Notes under the pieces: generated by a model
Told to the model about the DNA's origin: nothing
The model's input: only the letters and a program-made list of their open reading frames with translations
The model's database searches: none
Made by a program: the position numbers and the translations under genes
In this document: positions 1 through 7,900 of the stretch, piece by piece
Position numbering within the stretch: position 1 is the stretch's first letter
Layout of the letters: the number at the start of each line of letters is the position of its first letter
Source of the DNA: a virus
Length of the DNA stretch: 44,377 bases
Reading direction: 5' to 3' (one strand)
Virus record (IMG/VR): IMGVR_UViG_3300048134_000198

Positions 1-52
1 GTCGGGGTTCGCAACACTCATAAGCCACAATCGCCTTCTACCGTGTGCGAGC

Positions 53-125
53 AGTCCATTGGGGTAGCGGCCAATCCTGAAGCCTTCTGGGGGCTTCGAC
101 CCTGGTTCGAATCCAGGATGGACTA
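53..125 (+). tRNA. host tRNA-Gln(CTG), integration target
   Basis: Acceptor stem AGTCCAT/ATGGACT, anticodon arm GAAGCC-TTCTGGG-GGCTTC (CTG), T-loop GGTTCGAATCC; CCA not encoded, as is usual in archaea. Confidence 0.95.
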
Positions 126-127
126 CT
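112..127 (+). repeat. attL core TCCAGGATGGACTACT
   Basis: Identical to 44251-44266; overlaps tRNA 3' end. Confidence 0.93.
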
Positions 128-148
128 CAATCTTCTTACATAGTCCAA

Positions 149-164
149 GCGGGCAGCAGCCCGC
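149..164 (+). terminator. GC hairpin downstream of tRNA (GCGGGC-AGCA-GCCCGC), possible terminator/insulator
   Basis: Perfect 6-bp stem, follows a T-rich stretch at 131-137. Confidence 0.3.
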
Positions 165-261
165 CTGGAACCCCGTATTCGCACTCCCAACCCCGGGTTC
201 GTGAAGCGCATTCTGCAATACAAACTCCTGCAGCGACCGCGCCGAACGGAGGTGTCGCGAC

Positions 262-420
262 GTGAGTGTCTACCTCCCCGACCACATCTGCGGCGCGATG
301 GGCTGCACCACCGACAGCACCGACGACGACCTCGTCGTCATCCAGCACCCCACGCACGGCGAACGCGTCGTCTGCCCCAAGCACGCCCGCGGATACGAGG
401 TGGTCCGGAATGTCGAGTAA
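262..420 (+). CDS. 52-aa Zn-binding microprotein (C-x4-C...CxxH)
   Basis: GTG start after GGAGGTG; MSVYLPDHICGAMGC...VVCPKH; overlaps next start; below the ORF-track cutoff. Confidence 0.65.
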   Translation: MSVYLPDHICGAMGCTTDSTDDDLVVIQHPTHGERVVCPKHARGYEVVRNVE

Positions 421-982
421 CGACGACCTCGACGACATCGCGGAATCCGCGGACGCCGCGCTCGGCATCGCCCGCCGCGCCCTCGACAAAATCAACGACC
501 TCGAAGACGACGTCGACCGCCTCGAGGACGAACTCGAGGACGCGGAAGCCGAACTGGACGCCTTACGTGAGCGCACGGACCTCGTGCAAGCCGTCCAGAA
601 AGCCTCGAACCTGAAGCCCGAGGAACGCGCCGTCGTCTGCATCCAGACGCTCTACAACCGCGCGAACGCCCGCCAAGATGTCGGCGAGCCACCCCTCGCC
701 GAGATGACCGCGCGCCAAGCGATCACCGCGCTCGGCGGGAGCATCAACCGCACCGCCGTCTACCGGACATTCGAGACCGCCGACGACCTCCTCAGCGACA
801 TCCCGGACGACGTCTTCGAGTACCGCACCGAAGACCGCAGTAGTGCCGAGAAGTCCCGCCTCCGGCTGAATCTGGATGCGGGAGACTTGCCGAGTGTCGT
901 TGCCGGTCACGACATCGTTGTCGGTGGGAGTGAGGTTGCTGGGCAGCCGGTTGACTCGGCGGTGCTTGGAGGGGAGCGGTAG
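410..982 (+). CDS. coiled-coil plus putative DNA-binding protein, 190 aa
   Basis: ATG at 410; acidic heptad N-terminus (LEDDVDRLEDELEDAEAELDAL); halophile-like composition; upstream of MCM. Confidence 0.8.
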   Translation: MSSNDDLDDIAESADAALGIARRALDKINDLEDDVDRLEDELEDAEAELDALRERTDLVQAVQKASNLKPEERAVVCIQTLYNRANARQDVGEPPLAEMTARQAITALGGSINRTAVYRTFETADDLLSDIPDDVFEYRTEDRSSAEKSRLRLNLDAGDLPSVVAGHDIVVGGSEVAGQPVDSAVLGGER

Positions 983-1004
983 GATGGCGAACACCGATCG
1001 TGGG

Positions 1005-1213
1005 GGTGTTCGATTCGTACAACACCGGGAGGGGGGGAAGCCCCCGCCAGGCGAGCGATATCCCGGTGGTTCCACAAGTTGCGTTGAACGAGGCCGCAAC
1101 CCTCGTTGTGTAAATGAGGTTTCCGTAGTCATGAGTACGCTTACAAATCGCTCGCATCGCTCGCATCGCTCGCCCCAAACACACCAAGATCGGTGTTGTA
1201 CGAATCGAACACC
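1005..1213. repeat. perfect 23-bp inverted repeat (1005-1027 / 1191-1213) enclosing 3x ATCGCTCGC (1147-1173); candidate origin
   Basis: GGTGTTCGATTCGTACAACACCG and its exact reverse complement; directly upstream of MCM. Confidence 0.7.
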
Positions 1214-1253
1214 GATCCGAACACCACGCCCATCGACGAGGTGGTCGCGGTGA
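1131..1253 (+). CDS. possible 40-aa basic uORF coupled to MCM
   Basis: MSTLTNRSHRSHRSP...; its TGA overlaps the MCM GTG (GTGA at 1250-1253); composition atypical for a halophile. Confidence 0.3.
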   Translation: MSTLTNRSHRSHRSPQTHQDRCCTNRTPIRTPRPSTRWSR

Positions 1254-3310
1254 CCCGGAACGCGGAACTCCTCGACCAGTGTGAGGCGTTCCTCCGGGAG
1301 TACTACCGCGACGAGGTCCACGAGCTCGCCCGCCAGTACCCACGAGACCAGCGCAGTCTCTACGTCGACTGGCACGACCTCCTCGCGGCCAACCCCGACC
1401 TCGCCGACGACGCCCTCACCAACCCCCGAGATATCACGGACCACTTTGAGGAGGCGCTCCGGCAGTTCGACCTCCCCATCGACGTCAGTCTGGGCCGGGC
1501 GCACGTCCGGTTCTACAACCTCAACGAGGAGGACACCTACGAGATCGGGGCGTACTCCCCAGCCCGCGTGCAGGGGACGCGGCTCGCCATCGACGCGCAA
1601 GTCGTGCGCGTGGGCGACGTCCTGCCGAAGCCCGAGCGGATGGTGTTTGTCTGCCAGCGCTGCGGCCACGAGACCGAGGTCCCCCAGAACGGCCCGGGTG
1701 TCCAGGAGCCCTATCAGTGTGAATCCTGCGAGCGCCAGGGGCCGTTCAAGGCTGACGACGACCGCAGTGACTTCGTCGACGCGCAGCTCGTCCGCCTGCA
1801 GCAGACGCCCGCGCAAGCTGACGGTGGCACCGGGCGGAGCATCGACGTCCGCATCGAGGACGACCTGACGAACGCCGTCTCCCCGGGGGACCGCGTGACC
1901 GTGACGGGCATCCTCGAGTTCGAGCGAGACGGCGGTGACAGCTACCCCGAGCCGTATCTCTCGGGGGAGGCGGTCGAGCACCAGGAGTCGGACTACGAGG
2001 AAATCGAGATCAGCGCGGCGGACGAACAGCGAATCGAGGCGCTCGCGGGTGGCGCGGAGGGTGATCCGGTCGAGTTGCTTGTCGAGGAGCTCGCCACCTC
2101 GATCCGCGGCCACGAGACCATCAAGGAGGCGCTTATCCTGCAGGCGTTCGGCGGCGTGCGCGTCACCCACGCCGACGGCACGTCAACCCGCGGGGAGAGT
2201 CACGTGCTTTTGTTGGGTGATCCGTCGACGGCGAAGTCGAGTCTCCTCCGGACGGTGGCGAACCTTACGCCGCGGTCGGTGTATGCCAGTGGGAAGGGTG
2301 CGAGTGCGGCGGGGATGACGGCCGCGGCGGACCGGACAGACTTCGGGCAGGGCGAGCAGTGGGTCGTCGAGGGTGGCGCGCTCGTGAAAGCCCACAAGGG
2401 CACCGCGTGCGTCGACGAGATCGACAAAGTCCAGGAGGACGCCGTCTCCTCGATGCACGACGTCCTCTCCAGTGGCGAGGTCCACGTCAACAAGGCCAGT
2501 ATTAATGCGACGCTGCATGCGCACACGAGTTTGTTGGCGGCGGGGAATCCGAAGTACGGCCGCTTCGACCCCTACAAATCGATCAAGGACCAGGTTGAGC
2601 TCGGGCCGACGCTCCTCAGTCGGTTTGACTTGATTTTCCTCGTGCGGGACGAGCCCGACGAGCATGAGGATAAGCTGACCGGCCGCCACATTCTCGAGAG
2701 CAAAGAACAGGCGAAACAGCAACCCACCCACGGCAGTGAGGAGGACGAATCGGGGTTGGGGCAGGATCTCATTCGGAAGTGGATTGCGTACGCGAAACAG
2801 CAACCGAGCCCCGAGTTCGCGAGTGAAGCGGTTCGCGAGCACGCGAATGATGCGTTCGCGGAGTTCCGCGGTGTGAATGGGTATGATCCGGATGATCCGG
2901 TGCCGGTGACGTTCCGGAAGCTGGAGGGCATCCATCGGCTGGCTGAAGCGTCGGCGAAGGTCCGGCTGTCGGACACTATCGAGAAGCGGGACGTTGATCG
3001 CGCGCTGGCGTTGGTTGGTGAGTCCCTGCGGCAGTTCGGGAAGGGTGAGGACGGCGAGTATGATGCGGATGTCGTCGAGGCGAATGCGACGTCCTCGCAG
3101 CGTGATCGGATTACGAGTGTGCGGTCGATTATCGAGGAGTTGCAGGCGGAGGTCGATGGCGGCGTGCCGTTGGAGGATGTTGTGGAGGTGTGTTCGGAGG
3201 AGGCTGGGTTGTCGGCGGAGCGGGTGGAGGAGACGGTTGAGCGGTTGTTGGATGAGGGGGAGGCGTATCGGCCGGCGAAGGGTGAGCAGGATGGGGTGCG
3301 GGTAATCTGA
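1250..3310 (+). CDS. mcm: MCM replicative helicase
   Basis: Zn finger CQRC/CESC, Walker A GDPSTAKS, Walker B VDEIDK, LAAGNP, Arg finger SRFDL, C-terminal wH-like region; GTG start after GAGGTG. Confidence 0.96.
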   Translation: MTRNAELLDQCEAFLREYYRDEVHELARQYPRDQRSLYVDWHDLLAANPDLADDALTNPRDITDHFEEALRQFDLPIDVSLGRAHVRFYNLNEEDTYEIGAYSPARVQGTRLAIDAQVVRVGDVLPKPERMVFVCQRCGHETEVPQNGPGVQEPYQCESCERQGPFKADDDRSDFVDAQLVRLQQTPAQADGGTGRSIDVRIEDDLTNAVSPGDRVTVTGILEFERDGGDSYPEPYLSGEAVEHQESDYEEIEISAADEQRIEALAGGAEGDPVELLVEELATSIRGHETIKEALILQAFGGVRVTHADGTSTRGESHVLLLGDPSTAKSSLLRTVANLTPRSVYASGKGASAAGMTAAADRTDFGQGEQWVVEGGALVKAHKGTACVDEIDKVQEDAVSSMHDVLSSGEVHVNKASINATLHAHTSLLAAGNPKYGRFDPYKSIKDQVELGPTLLSRFDLIFLVRDEPDEHEDKLTGRHILESKEQAKQQPTHGSEEDESGLGQDLIRKWIAYAKQQPSPEFASEAVREHANDAFAEFRGVNGYDPDDPVPVTFRKLEGIHRLAEASAKVRLSDTIEKRDVDRALALVGESLRQFGKGEDGEYDADVVEANATSSQRDRITSVRSIIEELQAEVDGGVPLEDVVEVCSEEAGLSAERVEETVERLLDEGEAYRPAKGEQDGVRVI

Positions 3311-3320
3311 GGGATTCAGT

Positions 3321-3665
3321 ATGAGTGACAACACTACTAAGGACGGTGCGGAGGACGGACGGGCAACCACTCACTGGGACCTGCACTGTAGCCGGTGCGG
3401 CGATGAGTACCCAGCCGACCGCGAGAACGCGCTCTGCGAGTCCTGCGTCAAGAGCATCCAGATGTCAAAGCTCATGGACGGCGTGCTCTGCGAGCGGTGC
3501 GACGGCGAGGGCTGGATATACGGGACGTGGTGCGACCTGGAGCGCGCGATGAACGGCCGCGACACTCGCTGTCCAGAGTGCCACGGCACGGGTCGCGTCG
3601 AGTGGGAGCCAGACCCCGACGACGTCCACCCCGACCTTCGAGCGGAGGTGAAGGCCCGTGCCTGA
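3321..3665 (+). CDS. Zn-finger protein (two CxxC pairs plus DnaJ-like CxxCxGxG x2)
   Basis: CSRC, CESC, CERCDGEG, CPECHGTG. Confidence 0.8.
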   Translation: MSDNTTKDGAEDGRATTHWDLHCSRCGDEYPADRENALCESCVKSIQMSKLMDGVLCERCDGEGWIYGTWCDLERAMNGRDTRCPECHGTGRVEWEPDPDDVHPDLRAEVKARA

Positions 3666-3915
3666 AGACCGCGAGACGGTTTTCGTCGCCGGTCGGCAGA
3701 ACGGCGGTGGCGGAACGCGGAAGAAACACACCGCGGAGGACTGCCCGGCACTGGAGAAAGCACAGACCGTCATCCAGCGCCCACGAGACGTCTACCCGGA
3801 CGACATCGAGTGGTGCCGGTATTGCACGGACGATATCGAACGGTCTGGGCCACAGGACCACTCGCACTACAACGCACTCGCAGCTGCCGCGGACACGGAG
3901 GGCGATAGCGCATGA
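3658..3915 (+). CDS. small Zn-binding protein
   Basis: H-x4-C...CRYC; starts and stops overlap neighbours. Confidence 0.75.
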   Translation: MPEDRETVFVAGRQNGGGGTRKKHTAEDCPALEKAQTVIQRPRDVYPDDIEWCRYCTDDIERSGPQDHSHYNALAAAADTEGDSA

Positions 3916-4586
3916 GAGTTCAAACACGCGAGAAGGCGCTCACCGAACGGGAGTTCGAGCGGTTGCTCATCGGGGCGATGCGCATCGAGGACGCCGAGAA
4001 GAGCATGGAAACCCGCGCGATGCTGCTTATCGGCGGCCGCATGGGACTCCGGCCTGGTGAGGTAACTCACATCGATGCATCGTGGGTGAATCACCGCCGC
4101 GAGATGCTGTCGATCCCCGACCACGACCCGTGTTCGAAGGGTCAGGGCGGCGTGCCGTGTGGGTACTGTCGGCAGGCTGCTGAGCAGCAGGCTGACCGCG
4201 ACGATGACAAGAGCTTCGAGAGCGTCGTCGAGGAGTACTGGAACCCGAAGACTGAGGCCGCCGTCCGGGACGTGCCGTTCGGCTGGGATCAACGCATCTC
4301 GGTTGCTATCGAGTGGCTCATCGAGAATCACGGTGGCTGGCCGTACTCGTTCTCGACACTGCAGCGTCGCCTCAATACCGCGTTGGAGCTGGCCGACGGA
4401 CTTGACGAGGATAGTACGACGCTGCATGGGCTTCGCGCGACAGCGGCGTCCTATCATGCCGGCCGTGGTCTCGACGCGGGGCCGCTCCAGTCGATGTTTG
4501 GCTGGCGGGACCTCTCGACGGCACGGAACTACATCGCCGTCGACGGTGAGATGACTGCTCGCGCACTCGGGGAGGTGCACGGCTGA
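3912..4586 (+). CDS. short tyrosine recombinase (catalytic domain with Cys-rich insertion)
   Basis: GLRPGE (R), PKT (K), HGLR (HxxR), FGW, RNY (Y); insertion HDPC...CGYC. Confidence 0.9.
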   Translation: MRVQTREKALTEREFERLLIGAMRIEDAEKSMETRAMLLIGGRMGLRPGEVTHIDASWVNHRREMLSIPDHDPCSKGQGGVPCGYCRQAAEQQADRDDDKSFESVVEEYWNPKTEAAVRDVPFGWDQRISVAIEWLIENHGGWPYSFSTLQRRLNTALELADGLDEDSTTLHGLRATAASYHAGRGLDAGPLQSMFGWRDLSTARNYIAVDGEMTARALGEVHG

Positions 4587-5497
4587 TGTCCGGCAACGAC
4601 GAGAGTACTGCGGGACACGGCCGTGCAACCTATCAGGGGTGGTCGCGGTCCACGATGATGGCCTTCCCTTACTTCGGCGGCAAGGTCCAGTACGCCAGTC
4701 AGATTATCGACCGTATTCCGGCCCACGACCGCTACCTGGAGCCGTTCGCGGGCGCCGCGTCGGTGCTGCTCAACAAGCCCGAGTCCCACGTCGAGATTCT
4801 GAACGACCGCAACGAGAACGTGGTCACGTTCTTCCGGGTTCTACGGACTCGTCGCGACGAACTCCTGGAGTTTCTGAAGGCGACGCCGTACAGTCGTGCC
4901 GTCTGCGAGCGCTGGGAGTCGCAGTTCTACGGCGACGCCTCGATGCCCGATCTCGACGACGTCCAGCTGGCCGGCCGCTGGTTCGCGCTCCGACACATGC
5001 GGTTCGGCGCGCGGATGAACCGCCACGGCGGGTTCAGTGCGCCCGGGGAGAAGAACGAGGCGCGGGACCTCCGGAAGAACATCGCGGCCCTCGACGCCGT
5101 CCGGGACCGCCTGGAGAACGTCGTTCTGGAGTGCGGCGACTACGCGGAAGTCCTGGACCGCTACGCGAATCCCTCCGACTTCGCGTACGTTGACCCGCCG
5201 TACGTCGGCAACGAGACGAGTTACGGCTTCGACGGCTTCGACCACGAGCGCCTGATCGCGACACTCGACGACTGGCCCGGCCGGTGGATGCTCTCGTATC
5301 GCGAGCTGCCCGACGCTCTCGACCGCGCGGACTACGTCGTCGAAGAGTTCGGAGCGACCAACCGGGCGCAGACGACCGGCGACCGCGCGACGACCGAGCG
5401 GCTCGTGATGAACTTCGACCCGTCGCGAGTCAGTTCGTTCGTCGATCGATCAACAGAGCAGCGGACGCTCGTCGAGGTGAACGACCGTGCCCAGTGA
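4586..5497 (+). CDS. D12-class N6-adenine DNA methyltransferase (Dam-like), orphan
   Basis: FPYFGGK, EPFAGAASV, ND, DPPY motifs. Confidence 0.93.
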   Translation: MSGNDESTAGHGRATYQGWSRSTMMAFPYFGGKVQYASQIIDRIPAHDRYLEPFAGAASVLLNKPESHVEILNDRNENVVTFFRVLRTRRDELLEFLKATPYSRAVCERWESQFYGDASMPDLDDVQLAGRWFALRHMRFGARMNRHGGFSAPGEKNEARDLRKNIAALDAVRDRLENVVLECGDYAEVLDRYANPSDFAYVDPPYVGNETSYGFDGFDHERLIATLDDWPGRWMLSYRELPDALDRADYVVEEFGATNRAQTTGDRATTERLVMNFDPSRVSSFVDRSTEQRTLVEVNDRAQ

Positions 5498-5621
5498 TGG
5501 ATTCGACCGCGGAGCCCATCGCGACGACGCACTGTGGCCGCTCGCCATCCTCGGGCTTGTCCTCGCGCTGGTCGCGGTGACGAGTCTCCTCGCCCTGCTA
5601 ACGCTCGGGTGGTGGCCATGA
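5487..5621 (+). CDS. 44-aa single-TM microprotein
   Basis: GTG after GAGGTGA; hydrophobic LWPLAILGLVLALVAVTSLLALLTLGWW; ATGA overlap with next gene. Confidence 0.6.
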   Translation: MPSDGFDRGAHRDDALWPLAILGLVLALVAVTSLLALLTLGWWP

Positions 5622-5890
5622 CGCCGGCGACGCACAACGTCCCCGACAGCCTCGAGTTCCAGCCCGGCGAAGGCAGCTTCCAGAATACGGTCTACGAGTG
5701 CGTGGTGTGTGGCGACCGAATCACGGGCACGGAGAACGCGATCGCGCACACCAGCTGTCCGGTCCCCGGGACGTGCCCGGTCTGTGACTCCCCACGTGGC
5801 CGCGTTGACGTTGCGACGACCGGTGGGCGGGTGGATGTCTGTGAGTGTGGTATTCCATACAGGGAACACTTCGATGGAGGGGTGGTCTGA
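5618..5890 (+). CDS. 90-aa Zn-finger protein
   Basis: CVVC...H-x2-C, CPVC, CEC. Confidence 0.75.
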   Translation: MTPATHNVPDSLEFQPGEGSFQNTVYECVVCGDRITGTENAIAHTSCPVPGTCPVCDSPRGRVDVATTGGRVDVCECGIPYREHFDGGVV

Positions 5891-5892
5891 GC

Positions 5893-6144
5893 GTGCAGAT
5901 GCCGGAGGAGCTGGTGGACGAGCGGCCGACGACGAAGCTCGTGTACTGCTGTCTCGATGACGCCGACCAACGACTGAGTCAGGATGAGTTGGTGCGACGC
6001 ACGGGGCTTGCGCGGCGTGCGATTCGGACGGGGCTTCAGGATCTCATCGAGGACGATGTTGTGATTGAGGAGCCCTATTTTGGGGATCTTCGGGAGAAGC
6101 GGTATCGGTTGCGGGCGCGCTGGCGCTCCGAGGGCGGGGGTTAG
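5893..6144 (+). CDS. winged-HTH transcription regulator
   Basis: LSQDELVRRTGLARRAIRTGLQDL helix-turn-helix plus wing DLREKRYRL. Confidence 0.8.
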   Translation: MQMPEELVDERPTTKLVYCCLDDADQRLSQDELVRRTGLARRAIRTGLQDLIEDDVVIEEPYFGDLREKRYRLRARWRSEGGG

Positions 6145-6275
6145 CGGCGCGTCGTACCGCGGTATGCGTGGTTTACAAGCTCGCAGCCCCGTGGTTGCAC
6201 GTAAGCACGCGCCCGAGTGCGCGACCCCACGAGTTCTTCCCCGGTCCTCGTTGACACGAGGGCTATCCAGTAGTC

Positions 6276-6881
6276 ATGTCCATCACCACCCACCACTCAG
6301 ACACTCGTCCACGCAGCCAGACGTACACCTGCAAGCGGGACGCCTGCAGGGGCGTCGTCACCCCTGGGGCTGCAATCGAGGGGTACTGTAGCCACGAGTG
6401 CCAGCTCCGCGCCCAGGGCCAACGCCTGCTGAACCTCGTGAAGCACGACCACCGGTTCTGCTACACGTGCTTCCGCCAGCTCAAAGAGGTGCATGACGTC
6501 CCGGCGTGGCGCCGCCGCCGCCTCGACCCGGTCACCGAGTCCGTCGTCACCGGCTATCAGTCCCGTACCGAGCACGCCCAGCTCGGGGAGCGCCGCGAGC
6601 AACGCCCCGGGACGCTCCCGGACGACACGCGCCGCGGGACGATCTGTGAGTGCGGGCAGACGAGTCACCGGGACCGCGAGGGGTTGATTCAGTCGTCGAA
6701 CATCAAGACGGTGGCGCGGAACCTGTACGCGACGCTGGAGACGCTCGGCGAGGAAGGCCAACACTCCAGTTGCGTCGAGTACCTGCCGCTGGTGCGGGTG
6801 TTGTACGCGCAGTACCAGCACGACCCAGGGTACGACTTCCCAACGGCCGTCGCACTCGCTACCACGGACGGTGAGTCGTGA
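6276..6881 (+). CDS. Cys-rich protein, possible late transcription regulator
   Basis: C-x4-C...CSHEC, CYTC, CEC motifs; own TATA-like element (TTTACAAG ~6171) and structured leader. Confidence 0.75.
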   Translation: MSITTHHSDTRPRSQTYTCKRDACRGVVTPGAAIEGYCSHECQLRAQGQRLLNLVKHDHRFCYTCFRQLKEVHDVPAWRRRRLDPVTESVVTGYQSRTEHAQLGERREQRPGTLPDDTRRGTICECGQTSHRDREGLIQSSNIKTVARNLYATLETLGEEGQHSSCVEYLPLVRVLYAQYQHDPGYDFPTAVALATTDGES

Positions 6882-7045
6882 TGGATACCGTTGAGGAGCC
6901 CGCGATGAGCTCGGTGCTCGCCCAGCAGGAGGGCGACTACTGTACGGTCTGCCACTCGCCGGCGACCGGGTCGTACAACGGCGAGGACTACTGCGACACG
7001 CACCTCCAGGAACGCATGGCGCGCGAAACCGGGGTGGGATACTGA
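6881..7045 (+). CDS. 54-aa Zn-finger microprotein (CxxC...CxxH)
   Basis: CTVC...CDTH; TGATG couplings at both ends. Confidence 0.65.
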   Translation: MDTVEEPAMSSVLAQQEGDYCTVCHSPATGSYNGEDYCDTHLQERMARETGVGY

Positions 7046-7233
7046 TGCCTGAGTTCTCCGAGGAGACGATCGTCACCGCGGAGATCGCCGGCCAAGAGGT
7101 CGCCGGACAGGTCGTCGACACGGCAGGCACCGAAGCCACGTACGGACGCGGTCCGGAGGACGTCCTTGTTGTTGAGGTGCCGGGTGCGGGGACGTGGCGG
7201 GTTCCGGAGTCGGACATCACGGCACCAGTGTAA
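7045..7233 (+). CDS. 62-aa beta-rich (SH3-like) protein
   Basis: Acidic, beta-strand pattern, coupled start. Confidence 0.65.
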   Translation: MPEFSEETIVTAEIAGQEVAGQVVDTAGTEATYGRGPEDVLVVEVPGAGTWRVPESDITAPV

Positions 7234-7239
7234 CCCCCT

Positions 7240-7290
7240 GTCCCGATGACCCGGTTTGGACAGCCCCCTCGGGGGCTGGAGGCGAGGGCC
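7240..7290 (+). ncRNA. K-turn-like element K1
   Basis: CCC-GAT-GA-C-CC...GG-C-GA-GGG enclosing the perfect hairpin CAGCCCC-CTCG-GGGGCTG. Confidence 0.5.
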
Positions 7291-7357
7291 TGTACCGCAC
7301 GCGAACTGAATCCTGTACGTCTTCCAGGGCGTCGAGCCAGGGACCGATCCATAACTG

Positions 7358-7439
7358 GGGTGGCAGCAAGGCCCGAGTGGACTACCCGCGGGATAACCGC
7401 GGTCCCACGCGTCGGGCGCGGTGCGACTCCGGCCACCCA
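7358..7439 (+). ncRNA. tRNA-like structured RNA
   Basis: GGGTGGC/GCCACCC acceptor-like stem plus A, T-loop-like TGCGACT on a short stem, long internal hairpin in place of D/anticodon arms, followed by CTCTTTT. Confidence 0.5.
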
Positions 7440-7462
7440 ACCCTCTTTTCCATACCACAACA

Positions 7463-7508
7463 GCCTCGCCCCCACTTGGTGGGCGTCGACGTCACGGTCG
7501 AGCGAGGC
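7463..7508 (+). ncRNA. three-way-junction structure
   Basis: GCCTCGC/GCGAGGC closing CCCAC-TTG-GTGGG and TCGAC-GTCACG-GTCGA. Confidence 0.35.
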
Positions 7509-7567
7509 CCTCCGATGACTCCGCACCGATTCACCAGCCAGCACGCCGCCTGGCTGATGCATGCATC

Positions 7568-7900
7568 ATGAGCACCGACCACGCAGACCGGCCGTGGTAC
7601 TGCCGGGACGACGTCGTCGACGAGTACCGCAGTACGCTGACCACTGGCGGTGAGAGGTTGCCGATGCTCAAAGCCCTGAAAATCCTGCGCGCCATCGTCG
7701 TCAACCTCGGCCTGCTCGCACTCACTGGGTACTCGATTCGCCGGGGCGGCGACCCAACCCTGCTTGGGTTCACTGCGCTGGCGGTGATCGGCGCGTACAA
7801 CGGCCTCGAGCTCGGCGACTACCTCGCACTCGTTCAGGCGTACAAGGAAGTCCAGCAGACCACCGCCGACTCCAACGACAGCAACGGCGACAACTCATGA
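7568..7900 (+). CDS. 2-TM membrane protein, holin-like
   Basis: Two hydrophobic segments, charged termini, 110 aa. Confidence 0.6.
   Translation: MSTDHADRPWYCRDDVVDEYRSTLTTGGERLPMLKALKILRAIVVNLGLLALTGYSIRRGGDPTLLGFTALAVIGAYNGLELGDYLALVQAYKEVQQTTADSNDSNGDNS

Noticed and set aside
563-2170. Long antisense ORFs (also 11051-12631, 20842-21999, 40001-41254, 42866-44290 and others)
   Set aside because: Shadow frames typical of high-GC DNA, overlapping well-supported genes on the other strand
7244-7310. Possible box C/D guide sRNA (CGATGA...CTGA)
   Set aside because: No convincing C'/D' boxes or guide region, and the GA pair is better explained by the K-turn partner at 7284-7285
7358-7439. Functional viral tRNA gene
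   Set aside because: No D-arm or 7-nt anticodon loop, and the T-stem is only 3 bp; kept only as tRNA-like
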